36,334 nt of DNA from a virus (IMGVR_UViG_3300042363_001352:1-36334); one strand, 5' to 3'. Counted from the first letter of the stretch, positions 1-9,171 are shown. Numbers and translations are program-made. Notes: generated from the sequence alone by a model not told the origin.

Positions 1-1
1 C

Positions 2-280
2 GTAACTCTTCCAACAACTGGAACTCTTGCTACTTTAGCTGGATCTGAAAGTCTTACAAATAAGACAATTGATTCTTCTAATATAGGCGCAACAACTAAA
101 GGCACAGGAGCTTTCACTACCTTAACATCAAACGGTGCTACAACATTTACTGCAGCAACAGCGTCTTCATCTTACACAACTGGTACTTTAGTTGTAACTG
201 GTGGAGTTGGAATATCTGGAGCTCTTTATGGAAACAGTAGTGCATTGGAAGGCTTTGTAGTTGACGGTGGCACATTCTAA
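2..280 (+). CDS. C-terminal part of a tail fibre/virion protein (5' truncated by window)
   Basis: Frame 2 is open from the window start to TAA 278-280: VTLPTTGTLATLAGSESLTNKT...GFVVDGGTF*. Thr/Gly-rich; shares the VTLPTTGTLATLxGSExxTNKT motif with 1046..3229. Confidence 0.8.
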   Translation, partial: VTLPTTGTLATLAGSESLTNKTIDSSNIGATTKGTGAFTTLTSNGATTFTAATASSSYTTGTLVVTGGVGISGALYGNSSALEGFVVDGGTF

Positions 281-287
281 TAAAAAG

Positions 288-302
288 TGGTATAATACTA
301 TC
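288..302 (+). promoter_or_regulatory. Extended -10 promoter (TGGTATAAT) overlapping a TACTAT motif
   Basis: TGGTATAAT at 288-296, TACTAT at 296-301, GGAG RBS at 312-315, ATG at 322. Confidence 0.55.
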
Positions 303-321
303 TTTAAGCATGGAGTAGAAT

Positions 322-772
322 ATGGCCATTAGTAGTGGAAATACATCAGGTACAAGAAAAAATAACGTACCAAATATAGTTGGAGATAAACCAGCAGTTG
401 CCGACCCTAAATTAACGGCAGCTGAGTTTACTAAACGGAACTGTAACTAATACTGCTTTAAATGACGCAACCGCTGGGCAACCTTTATTAACAAGATTAG
501 ATGAGATCCTTTCTTCTAACCCTGCTGCCAATACTGTATATCCAAGAAAAGAAGCAGTAGGATATACTAAGTATAGTCCTTATTTCCCACCGTTCTTCCC
601 GCCATTCTTCCCACCATATTTCCCACCATTCTTCCCACCATTCTTCCCACCATATTTCCCACCATTCTTCCCTCCATTCTTCCCACCATATTTCCCACCA
701 TATTTTCCACCATATTTCCCTCCATTCTTCCCACCATTCTTCCCACCATATTTCCCACCAGCCTTTAAGTAA
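322..772 (+). CDS. PASTA-like domain + ([F/Y]FPP)15 repeat protein, ~149 aa, needs a +1 frameshift at CGG 436-438 (not in ORF track)
   Basis: ATG322 reads [38 protein letters not shown], then CGG, with a stop at 448. The +1 frame from 437 reads [48 protein letters not shown](YFPP/FFPP)15AFK* (TAA 770-772). VPNIVG...A...L..AEF..GTVT...[10 protein letters not shown] resembles the PASTA consensus across the junction. Confidence 0.75.
581..760 (+). repeat. 15 x 12-bp coding tandem repeat T(A/T)(T/C)TT(C/T)CCNCCN encoding YFPP/FFPP
   Basis: Unit order is Y F F Y F F Y F F Y Y Y F F Y (7 YFPP, 8 FFPP). Other differences (CCG, CCT, TTT) are synonymous in the + frame. Confidence 0.95.
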
Positions 773-782
773 GGAGTAGCAA

Positions 783-1046
783 ATGGCTAATGTTATTAAA
801 ATAAAAAGATCAGCAACAGCTGCTGCAACTCCAAACACCTTGGAATATGGTGAGTTAGCAATAAATTATATAGATGAAAAATTATTTTATAAAAATGGAT
901 CTAACTTAATAAAAGAATTTTCCTTAAACCAAAGTTCAGGAATAAATGCTGGTGGGAATATAGATGCAGGAACTCCAATCGACGTTTTGCTAGAAGCTGA
1001 AGTTACTAATAATATAGTAATCCTATACGATGGAGGGGAAATTTAG
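783..1046 (+). CDS. Small tail-fibre-associated protein (Mtd_N/hyaluronidase-N-like N-terminus)
   Basis: MANVIKIKRS...TLEYGELAINYIDEKLFYKN is typical of phage fibre N-termini; AAGGAG RBS; ends YDGGEI. Confidence 0.65.
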   Translation: MANVIKIKRSATAAATPNTLEYGELAINYIDEKLFYKNGSNLIKEFSLNQSSGINAGGNIDAGTPIDVLLEAEVTNNIVILYDGGEI

Positions 1047-3229
1047 TGGCAGCAATTATTCAATTTAAAAGAGGATTAGCAGCATCTTGGACATCAGCTA
1101 ACCCCACACTTGCTGTTGGTGAATGTGGCTTTGAAACTGATACTAAAAAGTTAAAAATTGGAACTGGATCAATCGCTTGGACCTCTCTTCCATATTTTTC
1201 TGGAGACATATCAGGAGCTAATTTAAATGATCTTGGGGATGTAACCATCACATCAGCCACGGACGGCGACTTCCTCAGATGGAATGGGACAGCATGGATT
1301 AACGACGCAGTAAACCTTTCAACAGATACTGTTGGAAATTATGTTAGTTCACTTGTTGCCGGAACTGGAGTAACCCTTTCAAATAACTCAGGTGAGGGAG
1401 CAACTCCAACAATTGCAATTGGGCAATCTGTAGCGTCTGGTGATTCTCCAACATTTGCAGGTCTTACCATTAATGGCGCAAGTATTATTATTGAAGGTGC
1501 AACAGCAAACGATTTTGAAACAACACTAACCGTCGCTGATCCAACCGCAGACAGGACAGTTACGCTTCCAGATGCTACCGGTACGGTTGCTTTAGTCTCA
1601 GATCTTACTACTCATGCAGACTTAACGGAAGCACATGGTGCAACTGGTGCGGTAGTTGGTACAACGAACACCCAAACTCTCACCAACAAAACTCTCACAT
1701 CTCCAAAAGTAAATGAAGATGTTGTACTGACTTCCACAGCAACCGAACTAAACATTCTTGACGGCGCGACTCTTTCAACAACCGAACTCAACTATGTTGA
1801 CGGTGTAACGAGTGCTATTCAGGCGCAAATTGATGCAAAAGCACCATTAGCTTCACCAACTTTTACTGGCACCCCAACACTGCCAACTGGAACGATTGCA
1901 ACTACACAAACCGCCGGCAATAATACAACTGCAATTGCAACAACTGCCTACGTAGATGCAGCTAATGCATTAAAGGCGAACCTTGAGAGTCCTACGTTTA
2001 CAGGAACAGTTAGTGCAGCAGGTCTTACACTTTCTGGCGATTTAACAGTTAATGGTACAACTACAACAATTAATTCAACAACAATTACTGTTGACGATAA
2101 AAATATTGAGCTGGGGTCCGTCACTACGCCGACAGATGTAACAGCTGATGGTGGCGGCATCACCCTTAAAGGCACTACAGACAAGACGCTCACCTGGGTT
2201 GATGCAACTGATGCCTGGACATCTTCTGAAGATTTCAACTTGCTCACAGGTAAATCCTATGAAATCGATGGGACATCAGTCCTTAATGCCACTACACTTG
2301 GCTCAGCAGTTACTGGATCTTCACTTACCAGCGTTGGAACAATCGGTACAGGCACGTGGCAGGGTACGGCAGTAGCTGGCGCATACGGTGGTACAGGAGT
2401 AGCAAACACTGGCAAGACGATTACTCTTGCTGGTAATCTTACTACAACAGGCAATTTTAATATAACCCTTAATACAGTTTTAGGATCAAGTGTAACATTA
2501 CCATCTACGGGAACTCTTGTTAACGAAGCAGTTACAACCTTATCTGGTCTTTCTTCTATCGGCACTATAACTACCGGCACCTGGAATGGTACGGCTATTG
2601 CTGGTCAATATGGCGGTACAGGTGTAAATAACTCAGGAAAAACAATTACGCTAGGTGGTAACCTCACAACTTCTGGCATGTATAGTACAACTCTTACAGT
2701 TACAGCTGGTACAAGCGTAACTTTACCAACTACTGGTACTTTGGCAACGTTAGATGGATCTGAAACTTTTACTAATAAAACTTTTACAAGCCCAGTAACC
2801 AATAGCCCAACTCTAACCCTTTCAACTTCATCGTCTACAACAGATGCTAGACTTTCTTGGGATAGTACCAATAAAAAATTGCAAGTTGGTAATGGAACAA
2901 TAACATTAGACTTTGCTTCTTCTAACGTTATAACCAATGCTCAGGTAGCTAGCTACACACTAGTATTGGCGGACAAGGATAAGTTGGTAGAAGTAAGTAA
3001 CGCCTCAGCTAATACCTTAACTGTTCCCTTGAACTCTTCTGTAGCTTTTCCTGTTGGAACGCAAATTACAATACTGCAAACAGGAGCCGGACAAACAACT
3101 ATTACGGCAACTGGTGGAGTGACAATAAATGCTACACCAGGACTTAAGCTTAGAGCTCAATGGTCTTCTGTTACTTTAATTAAAAGAGCTACAGATACCT
3201 GGGTTGCACTAGGCGACTTGCAAGCTTAG
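1046..3229 (+). CDS. Tail fibre protein, 727 aa
   Basis: N-terminal IQFKRG..ASWTSANPTLAVGECGFETDTKKLKIGTG (Mtd_N-like), a Thr/Gly-rich beta-repeat shaft, and a C-terminal YTLVLADKDKLVEV...FPVGTQITILQTGAGQ domain common in phage fibres. Confidence 0.85.
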   Translation: MAAIIQFKRGLAASWTSANPTLAVGECGFETDTKKLKIGTGSIAWTSLPYFSGDISGANLNDLGDVTITSATDGDFLRWNGTAWINDAVNLSTDTVGNYVSSLVAGTGVTLSNNSGEGATPTIAIGQSVASGDSPTFAGLTINGASIIIEGATANDFETTLTVADPTADRTVTLPDATGTVALVSDLTTHADLTEAHGATGAVVGTTNTQTLTNKTLTSPKVNEDVVLTSTATELNILDGATLSTTELNYVDGVTSAIQAQIDAKAPLASPTFTGTPTLPTGTIATTQTAGNNTTAIATTAYVDAANALKANLESPTFTGTVSAAGLTLSGDLTVNGTTTTINSTTITVDDKNIELGSVTTPTDVTADGGGITLKGTTDKTLTWVDATDAWTSSEDFNLLTGKSYEIDGTSVLNATTLGSAVTGSSLTSVGTIGTGTWQGTAVAGAYGGTGVANTGKTITLAGNLTTTGNFNITLNTVLGSSVTLPSTGTLVNEAVTTLSGLSSIGTITTGTWNGTAIAGQYGGTGVNNSGKTITLGGNLTTSGMYSTTLTVTAGTSVTLPTTGTLATLDGSETFTNKTFTSPVTNSPTLTLSTSSSTTDARLSWDSTNKKLQVGNGTITLDFASSNVITNAQVASYTLVLADKDKLVEVSNASANTLTVPLNSSVAFPVGTQITILQTGAGQTTITATGGVTINATPGLKLRAQWSSVTLIKRATDTWVALGDLQA
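2330..2780 (+). repeat. Internal ~75-aa (225 bp) duplication in the tail fibre
   Basis: SVGTIGTGTWQGTAVAGAYGGTGVANTGKTITLAGNLTTTG...SVTLPSTGTL vs SIGTITTGTWNGTAIAGQYGGTGVNNSGKTITLGGNLTTSG...SVTLPTTGTL. Confidence 0.85.
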
Positions 3230-3768
3230 TCTTTTTTGACGCACCAAAAAGTAGTAGAGCACCAACGATAACCACTAGTTATTTCCATGACTCCATGAGG
3301 AAAATCATCATTAGCTGGAAAACAAACAAATAATCCAGGTTCTGGCTTTATTAAAAGATCTTGATTTGGAAAGTATATTTCTCCGCCATCAAAATCGTCA
3401 TTATAATAAAGAACCGAACTAATATCTCTTGATGGATGTCCAGCTCCTGTTTTAAAGCCAACCTTTTCATTTTGAGCGGATCCATGATCAAGATGCACTG
3501 GCATTGAATCACCAGTCTTCATCTCTACTACACTGGATAATCCCTCATCATAAACGCTACAATTAAAAGAAGTTTCTATAATATTTTTTATTTTACTATA
3601 GTAGACTTCAAGCAAATTGGGCAACGTTTCACTTCCGTTTCCAGTATATACTCCATATGGAGAATATCCTGTTTCATCAAGTATAACTGGGGTATTTTTT
3701 AAATAAAATGTAATTTGTTCTGAATCTTTTTTATCTAAAATATTTTTTATAATATAAATCTTGTTCAT
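3226..3768 (-). CDS. 2OG-Fe(II) oxygenase, prolyl-4-hydroxylase-like
   Basis: HLD...SSVLYYNDDFDGGEIYFP...PHGV...GYRW (HxD...H...R). Confidence 0.9.
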   Translation of the reverse strand: MNKIYIIKNILDKKDSEQITFYLKNTPVILDETGYSPYGVYTGNGSETLPNLLEVYYSKIKNIIETSFNCSVYDEGLSSVVEMKTGDSMPVHLDHGSAQNEKVGFKTGAGHPSRDISSVLYYNDDFDGGEIYFPNQDLLIKPEPGLFVCFPANDDFPHGVMEITSGYRWCSTTFWCVKKD

Positions 3769-3774
3769 TTTATT

Positions 3775-4563
3775 TTAACCTACAGTATCATCTGTTTCAT
3801 TAACGAAAATCCAGTATCTAGAAAAAATTCTTTGGCCAGGAGTAAAACCACCTTTTACCGCATGAATCATGTAGCTTAAGTCTACAATTAACAAATCGCC
3901 ATTAGACCACTCCCACCAATTTTGAATATTTACATTATTCTCTACTTGTTCTTTATACCAGGCAAGAATTTCATTAAATAATTTAATGTCTTTTTTTGAT
4001 GGATTTTCTTTATTCACAGAATAAAGAAAATCTTCATAAATGGGATAGCTTGGAGAAAGTCTAATAATTTTTTCATCTTTAATTCTATGATTTTGTATAC
4101 ATTTTCTTGGTAAAATATATTTACCTTCAGTCATTACGTCGCACACGTCTAAGAAAGATTTCCATTCAACAGGCATTTCGTTATACAAATCAATTGCACT
4201 TACAAAACCTGTATTTCCTACACCTGTCTCACATTCAAAAGACAACATATTCCAAGAAGCTGCTACCTGAGGGTGTTCTTTTTTAACGTGTTCTAGATGC
4301 CACGGAATAAAAATTTCATTTTTAGACATTAATTTAATATTTTTATCAAAAGTAAAAGAATGATCTTCGTTGTCTTGTGAAGAAACATAATTGCAATTTA
4401 ATTTTTTAGCAAATAATTTAGTAATTTTTTCCTGCTCAAAAATGTCAAAAAAACTTCTCCTAAAACATACTAAACCATATTTTAAAAATAAACTAAAGTA
4501 CTTATCAATATTTTTTTCAATATCATCAAATGATAATTCATCCATATAAGCCTGTTTAATCAT
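3775..4563 (-). CDS. TauD/TfdA-like 2OG-Fe(II) dioxygenase
   Basis: YGLVCFR, PWHLE, GNTGFVSAIDLYNEMP, WEWSNGDLLIVDLSYMIHAV...R follow the TauD pattern. Confidence 0.8.
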   Translation of the reverse strand: MIKQAYMDELSFDDIEKNIDKYFSLFLKYGLVCFRRSFFDIFEQEKITKLFAKKLNCNYVSSQDNEDHSFTFDKNIKLMSKNEIFIPWHLEHVKKEHPQVAASWNMLSFECETGVGNTGFVSAIDLYNEMPVEWKSFLDVCDVMTEGKYILPRKCIQNHRIKDEKIIRLSPSYPIYEDFLYSVNKENPSKKDIKLFNEILAWYKEQVENNVNIQNWWEWSNGDLLIVDLSYMIHAVKGGFTPGQRIFSRYWIFVNETDDTVG

Positions 4564-5184
4564 TTATAAAACCTTAGTTATTGTATAAAAAGATGGTGTA
4601 GTATATCTTTCTCCCGAGATAATACACTTTACACCGTGAAGGTAATTAACGTCCCCAGGGTGAGCAACCGCTAAGCCTGGTTCCGGCTTTACGATTAAAT
4701 CGTAATCTGGATAGTACAGCTCTCCACCTTCAAAGTCATCATTATAGTAAATTAAAGAATTTATATCATACGTAGGAAAAGGATTAGGTCTTCCATCATT
4801 CATCTGTTTGTCGGCATGAGGTCTCTGCTCCATGCCAGGACGCCATTTTATTATCACTGGTGGTCTTGTCGATAATTCTACTTTAAAAGAATCTTCTAAA
4901 CATTTTTTCATTTTTTGAATATATTTTTCTATAATATTATAGATGTCAATATTAATTCTTTCAAGTATGTCCCAGCTGCATTGTCTATCAGACCAATAAG
5001 AAGCATCGTATGTGCAGGTTCCATCTTCGGCATACTGATTTTCCCCTGCATCCATCCATTCAGAAATTGTAGGTAAAAACTTTTGTATAATTTTAAGATC
5101 TTCTAAGTCAACAAAATTTTTATATAATTTAATGTTGTTAATTTCTTTCCCAAAGTGCCCTGGTTTTATTAGAGATTCATCCAT
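4564..5184 (-). CDS. 2OG-Fe(II) oxygenase, prolyl-4-hydroxylase-like
   Basis: RPHAD...SLIYYNDDFEGGELYYP...YLHGV...GERYT. Confidence 0.9.
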   Translation of the reverse strand: MDESLIKPGHFGKEINNIKLYKNFVDLEDLKIIQKFLPTISEWMDAGENQYAEDGTCTYDASYWSDRQCSWDILERINIDIYNIIEKYIQKMKKCLEDSFKVELSTRPPVIIKWRPGMEQRPHADKQMNDGRPNPFPTYDINSLIYYNDDFEGGELYYPDYDLIVKPEPGLAVAHPGDVNYLHGVKCIISGERYTTPSFYTITKVL

Positions 5185-5203
5185 TTTATTACTCCAATGT
5201 AGC

Positions 5204-5238
5204 TTGATTTACCCTGTACCCTGTGCTATATTATATCA
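5204..5238. promoter_or_regulatory. Overlapping divergent sigma70-type promoters
   Basis: Plus strand: TTGATT (5204-09), 17 bp spacer, TATATT (5227-32) preceded by TG. Minus strand: TGATATAAT (5238-5230). Lies between the divergent genes at 5184(-) and 5271(+). Confidence 0.55.
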
Positions 5239-5270
5239 TAACAAAAAGTCCGATTAGTATTGAGGAAAAA

Positions 5271-5954
5271 ATGGAAATTTATAATGTAGAAGATCCAAAA
5301 TTTGGTATAATTTTATATAGAGATGTAATGTCAGAAGACCTTAATCTCGTTAATCGATTAGAAGAAACTCTAAAAGATAGTGATCATGAATATTTTAAAT
5401 GGAATACCGCTACGGTTGGGTATAATACGCCTATGCCTGATTATAGAGATTGCGTTGACCTAAAAGTTGGTCCAGCCCATTGGCCTCATCTTCCTGAGAA
5501 TTTAAAGGAAATTAAAAATATTTACGATGATACAGACGCAATATTAAAAAAGTGTCTAGCAGATTATGAAGCTAGATATAATTTTAAAATGGAATTTATG
5601 GAATCTATCAACTTTGTAAGATATGAAGTCGGACAACATTTCTCAGTTCACACTGATCACGGTTTTTCATATACATGTACCCTTTCTTCTCTAGTATATC
5701 TAAATGACGACTATGAAGGGGGAGAACTCTGGTTTCCTTATATTGACTTAAAATTTAAACCCAAAAAAGGGGACGTGCTCTTTTTCCCATCAACTTATAT
5801 ATTCGCCCACGGAGCGATGCCGGTAACTGAAGGAATTAAATATTCTGCTGTTACCATGTTTGATTATAAAGATAACAATAAAGAATATCATCAAGCACTA
5901 AATACTAGCGATGAAACTAAGGAAGAATCTGGAGTTACCCTTAAAAAACTTTAA
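5271..5954 (+). CDS. 2OG-Fe(II) oxygenase, prolyl-4-hydroxylase-like
   Basis: Start moved to ATG5271 (GAGG RBS). FVRYEVGQHFSVHTD...[14 protein letters not shown]...FAHGA...GIKYS. Confidence 0.9.
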   Translation: MEIYNVEDPKFGIILYRDVMSEDLNLVNRLEETLKDSDHEYFKWNTATVGYNTPMPDYRDCVDLKVGPAHWPHLPENLKEIKNIYDDTDAILKKCLADYEARYNFKMEFMESINFVRYEVGQHFSVHTDHGFSYTCTLSSLVYLNDDYEGGELWFPYIDLKFKPKKGDVLFFPSTYIFAHGAMPVTEGIKYSAVTMFDYKDNNKEYHQALNTSDETKEESGVTLKKL

Positions 5955-5955
5955 G

Positions 5956-6663
5956 ATGACTAAAATAACTTTAACTAAAACTCATCAAAATCCACCAAAA
6001 ATTAGTCAGTCTAGATTAAAAAGAGATTGGATGGATGAAACTTACAACAAACATGCTTACCGTTGTCTGCCTATGTCAGCTGCCAACGTTAATGGTTGGG
6101 AATTAATTCTTCAACAAGATGTTGTTATTCAATGGGATGGTGGAAATACTGTTCCTAGAGTTTTAGAGGGTGAGTTCTTGGATGGAAGACCAATCGTGAT
6201 CCCTTCGATAATAGGGATTATTTCCTTTGCTACGGGATGGGCTATTAATACAGAGGAAAGTTACGACACTTGGGTAACCGGATCTCCTAATTATTTTATT
6301 GATGGAGCATCACCTTTGTCTGCCTCAATACCTAGTTCTTGGTGGCCTGATGAATTCAATATGAACTGGAAGATAACTAAGATTGGTGAACCAGTTAAAT
6401 TTGAAGCAGGAATGCCGTTTATGTTTTTTAATATTTATAAAAATGATCTCTTAGAAAATGCAAAATTAGTAGTTGAAAACCTTTGGGATAAACCAGAACT
6501 AATGGCTAAACGTCAATCATACGGGGACGCAAAAATGAAGAAGCTTCACGAACAACCATGGACCTGGATGAACGGGATAAGAACCGGTTTAGACGAAAAT
6601 GGCAATTCCATAGGTCCGAAAAATGATGGGTTATTAAAGCTAAAGGAACCATGTTCCAATTAG
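5956..6663 (+). CDS. DUF6065-like protein
   Basis: RDWMDETYNKHAYRCLPMSAANVNGWELIL and FNMNWKIT..GEPVKFEAGMPF match my recollection of DUF6065. Likely start is ATG5956, just after the upstream stop. Confidence 0.65.
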   Translation: MTKITLTKTHQNPPKISQSRLKRDWMDETYNKHAYRCLPMSAANVNGWELILQQDVVIQWDGGNTVPRVLEGEFLDGRPIVIPSIIGIISFATGWAINTEESYDTWVTGSPNYFIDGASPLSASIPSSWWPDEFNMNWKITKIGEPVKFEAGMPFMFFNIYKNDLLENAKLVVENLWDKPELMAKRQSYGDAKMKKLHEQPWTWMNGIRTGLDENGNSIGPKNDGLLKLKEPCSN

Positions 6664-6733
6664 TTAATGATTATATCTCATTACTATAATATAATAATCT
6701 AAAAGTTTTAATCACAAAGTAGGGTAGTTTCAT

Positions 6734-7003
6734 ATGAATTTTTCAAATGTTTCAAAAGAACAAAAATTAGAAATTTATAACAAAAGAATAAACATAATAG
6801 AGCATGAAATACTTTCTAGAGTATTAGAAATAGGAATGGATCCTGATTTTTTTGATCCCAATGAATTTATCAATTCTTTTGAATCAATAGATAAATCAGT
6901 TGATAATTACAATATACAAACATTTATTAATGATTCTGTTCTTTCTTATTTGTCTATAAAAAATAAAATTAATCTACTAGAAAAAGAAGAAGATGGAATT
7001 TAA
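6734..7003 (+). CDS. Hypothetical helical protein (paralogue of 6993..7241)
   Basis: SKEQKLEIY...EILSRVLEIGMDPDFFDPNEF. Confidence 0.7.
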   Translation: MNFSNVSKEQKLEIYNKRINIIEHEILSRVLEIGMDPDFFDPNEFINSFESIDKSVDNYNIQTFINDSVLSYLSIKNKINLLEKEEDGI

Positions 7004-7241
7004 ACTTTCTTCAAAAGAAAAATTATCAGTTTACAAACAAACAAGAAAATCTTTTGAAATGGACTTAGTTCAAAGACTTTGTGCAGTAGGAATAGACCCA
7101 GAAGACTTTAATGCAGAAGAGTTTATTCCAGAAGAAGATAGAATGTCACATTTTTATATTAAAGAATTGCTTTTAAAAATTGAAAAAGTAGAAGAAAAAA
7201 TATTACAATTTGAAATAATTGTAAAGTCAGAGGAAGAGTAA
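6993..7241 (+). CDS. Hypothetical helical protein (paralogue of 6734..7003)
   Basis: SSKEKLSVY...DLVQRLCAVGIDPEDFNAEEF. Confidence 0.7.
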   Translation: MEFKLSSKEKLSVYKQTRKSFEMDLVQRLCAVGIDPEDFNAEEFIPEEDRMSHFYIKELLLKIEKVEEKILQFEIIVKSEEE

Positions 7242-7248
7242 ATTTTAA

Positions 7249-8442
7249 ATGATCTATAAAAATACAGAAGATTATGACCCATCTCTTTATGGTTGCTATG
7301 CCGTAACCAATATTAAAGAAGATTTTAAAATTTATACAGTTCACCCAAGCGGCTTAAAGGAGTATGAACAATATGACGTCTATGATATAGGGAATAAAAC
7401 TTTAATAGCTTTTACTAAAATCTACACTTTAGCGGCAGAGTTTACTCTTAAAATTATTTCAGAAAATAACTCTGAAGATATAAACGCAGAAACATTTGAG
7501 GCTCTTGACGATATTCTTTCTGGTGAATATAATAAAAATGTTCACACATTCATATTGCACAACTCAGTTGGTCTCATATCTAAGGAAGAGCATGGTGAGT
7601 GGCTTGGTTCTGCAATGGATCCTAAAAGAAGGTGCGATGTGATAGATGATCACTATATTTCTATGCCTTTTTTAGATGCAAACAAAGAAAATGCTTCTGA
7701 TATTTTAGATAGAACTTATTTAGGTAACGATACAGTCATAGGGTGGCAATTGGTTCTTCCGTCTATGTCTAACTTATACATAGCTAAGTTAACTCATGGT
7801 GAGATGAATGATAGGGCATATAAAGATTGGCCGGGAAGAGTTTTTATGTCTCAAACTTTTCCGCACATATTAAAAATGGCATATCAATGGGCAGCGCTTG
7901 CTAATGAGCCATGGAATTCTAATGATACAATAGCCCTAAAGTGTAAGGCAGCTTTTGATGACTGGGATATCCCAGAAGACGCGCTTCAAGAAATAGTCAG
8001 CTACCAGCCAAGCACAGTGCTTGAATACTATTTTAATGGAGATGAAAATCCAAGACAATCAATAAATGAACCTTCAGAAATTTCACCAAAGTTCAAGCAG
8101 TGGTTTATGTCGAAGATAAGATATAAAACTCTTTATTCATTAAATAATAATTATCCATTAGAAATAGAAATTCCTTCTTCTATGTTAAATAAAGAAAATG
8201 AATTCTTTCAAACTATTGTAAGTGATTTTCTATTAGAAAATGCTCTAGATCCAGATACAACTTCATGCGTTGATATATTAAAAATTATTTATGAATCTCC
8301 AGGTTATGAACAACTTAAACATAAAAATAACAGTGTAGATAATGTAATAATAAAATATTTTAGTTTTCTTGAAAAAGAAGAAAGAGAATTAGTAAAAGAA
8401 TATATTTTTTCAACTACAAAACCAATGGGTTTTTCTGAATAA
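7249..8442 (+). CDS. Hypothetical protein, 397 aa
   Basis: Long ORF with GAGG RBS, in operon context; no family recognised. Confidence 0.75.
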   Translation: MIYKNTEDYDPSLYGCYAVTNIKEDFKIYTVHPSGLKEYEQYDVYDIGNKTLIAFTKIYTLAAEFTLKIISENNSEDINAETFEALDDILSGEYNKNVHTFILHNSVGLISKEEHGEWLGSAMDPKRRCDVIDDHYISMPFLDANKENASDILDRTYLGNDTVIGWQLVLPSMSNLYIAKLTHGEMNDRAYKDWPGRVFMSQTFPHILKMAYQWAALANEPWNSNDTIALKCKAAFDDWDIPEDALQEIVSYQPSTVLEYYFNGDENPRQSINEPSEISPKFKQWFMSKIRYKTLYSLNNNYPLEIEIPSSMLNKENEFFQTIVSDFLLENALDPDTTSCVDILKIIYESPGYEQLKHKNNSVDNVIIKYFSFLEKEERELVKEYIFSTTKPMGFSE

Positions 8443-8499
8443 AATAAATAGTATTATTATTGATACTATATAATTAGTAGAAAGAATTTAGTAGATAAA

Positions 8500-9171
8500 T
8501 TGTTGGTAAAAGATAATTCATTAAACGACAGCTTGTATAATCAGATATTAAATGATTCATCTTTTTTTCCTGAACTAATGAATCATGGAGAAAAAATAGC
8601 AGAACATCTAAATTCATACCACAATGAGAAAAGTGATTGCTTCGCCCCATATATGTTTTGGGATGGTTGGTGGAGAACTCCAGCTAACACGTTAAAGAAA
8701 AAAGTTATTCAATCTCTATGGGAAGATTTAATGATTTGGAATCTAGATGATATTCTGGGATTTGAGTATTGGACAAGGACTTATCTTCCAGGACAATACT
8801 TAGATGTTCATGTGGATGAAGACACATTCCTTTACTCAGAGTCAAAAATTTTTACTGGACCAATATATGGTTGTGTTTTTTATGGTAAAGAAAATAAAGA
8901 TGGTGGATTTTTAGAAATACACAAAAAAGCATTAGAAGATGGCAAAAAAAATATACTAGAAAAAAAATATATTAAAAAATATATATCTTTAAAAAAAGAT
9001 AGAGAAAAAATAAGCTACAAAGGAAATAGGGCTATTTTTTTTGACGCTGGCCATGTGTTACATAACACTGTAGGGTCAAAATCTGGTATAAGGCAAGTTC
9101 TTGTTATTAACATTTGGCATAAAGACAATCCGCCCTTAGCGTTATCTAATGGAAGTTTTTTCTACGAATAA
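8500..9171 (+). CDS. 2OG-Fe(II) oxygenase (divergent)
   Basis: FEYWTRTY...LDVHVDED...DGGFLEI...GHVLHNT...RQVLVINIW. Confidence 0.8.
   Translation: MLVKDNSLNDSLYNQILNDSSFFPELMNHGEKIAEHLNSYHNEKSDCFAPYMFWDGWWRTPANTLKKKVIQSLWEDLMIWNLDDILGFEYWTRTYLPGQYLDVHVDEDTFLYSESKIFTGPIYGCVFYGKENKDGGFLEIHKKALEDGKKNILEKKYIKKYISLKKDREKISYKGNRAIFFDAGHVLHNTVGSKSGIRQVLVINIWHKDNPPLALSNGSFFYE

Noticed and set aside
581-760. Possible CRISPR array or non-coding satellite
   Set aside because: Contiguous 12-bp units with no spacers; the tract is coding.
581-772. Resemblance of PPFF/PPAF to eukaryotic cyclic peptides such as antamanide
   Set aside because: Low-complexity similarity; no protease or cyclase is recognised in the window.
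497-838. Minus-strand Trp/Glu-rich ORF (WWEE repeats) and the 567..758 MVGR-repeat ORF
   Set aside because: Antisense shadows of the FPP repeat. Variation is synonymous only in the + frame, and the flanking genes, RBS and promoter are on +.
783-3229. Diversity-generating retroelement suggested by Mtd_N-like domains
   Set aside because: No reverse transcriptase or TR/VR pair seen; the fibre repeats differ at all base types, not only adenines.
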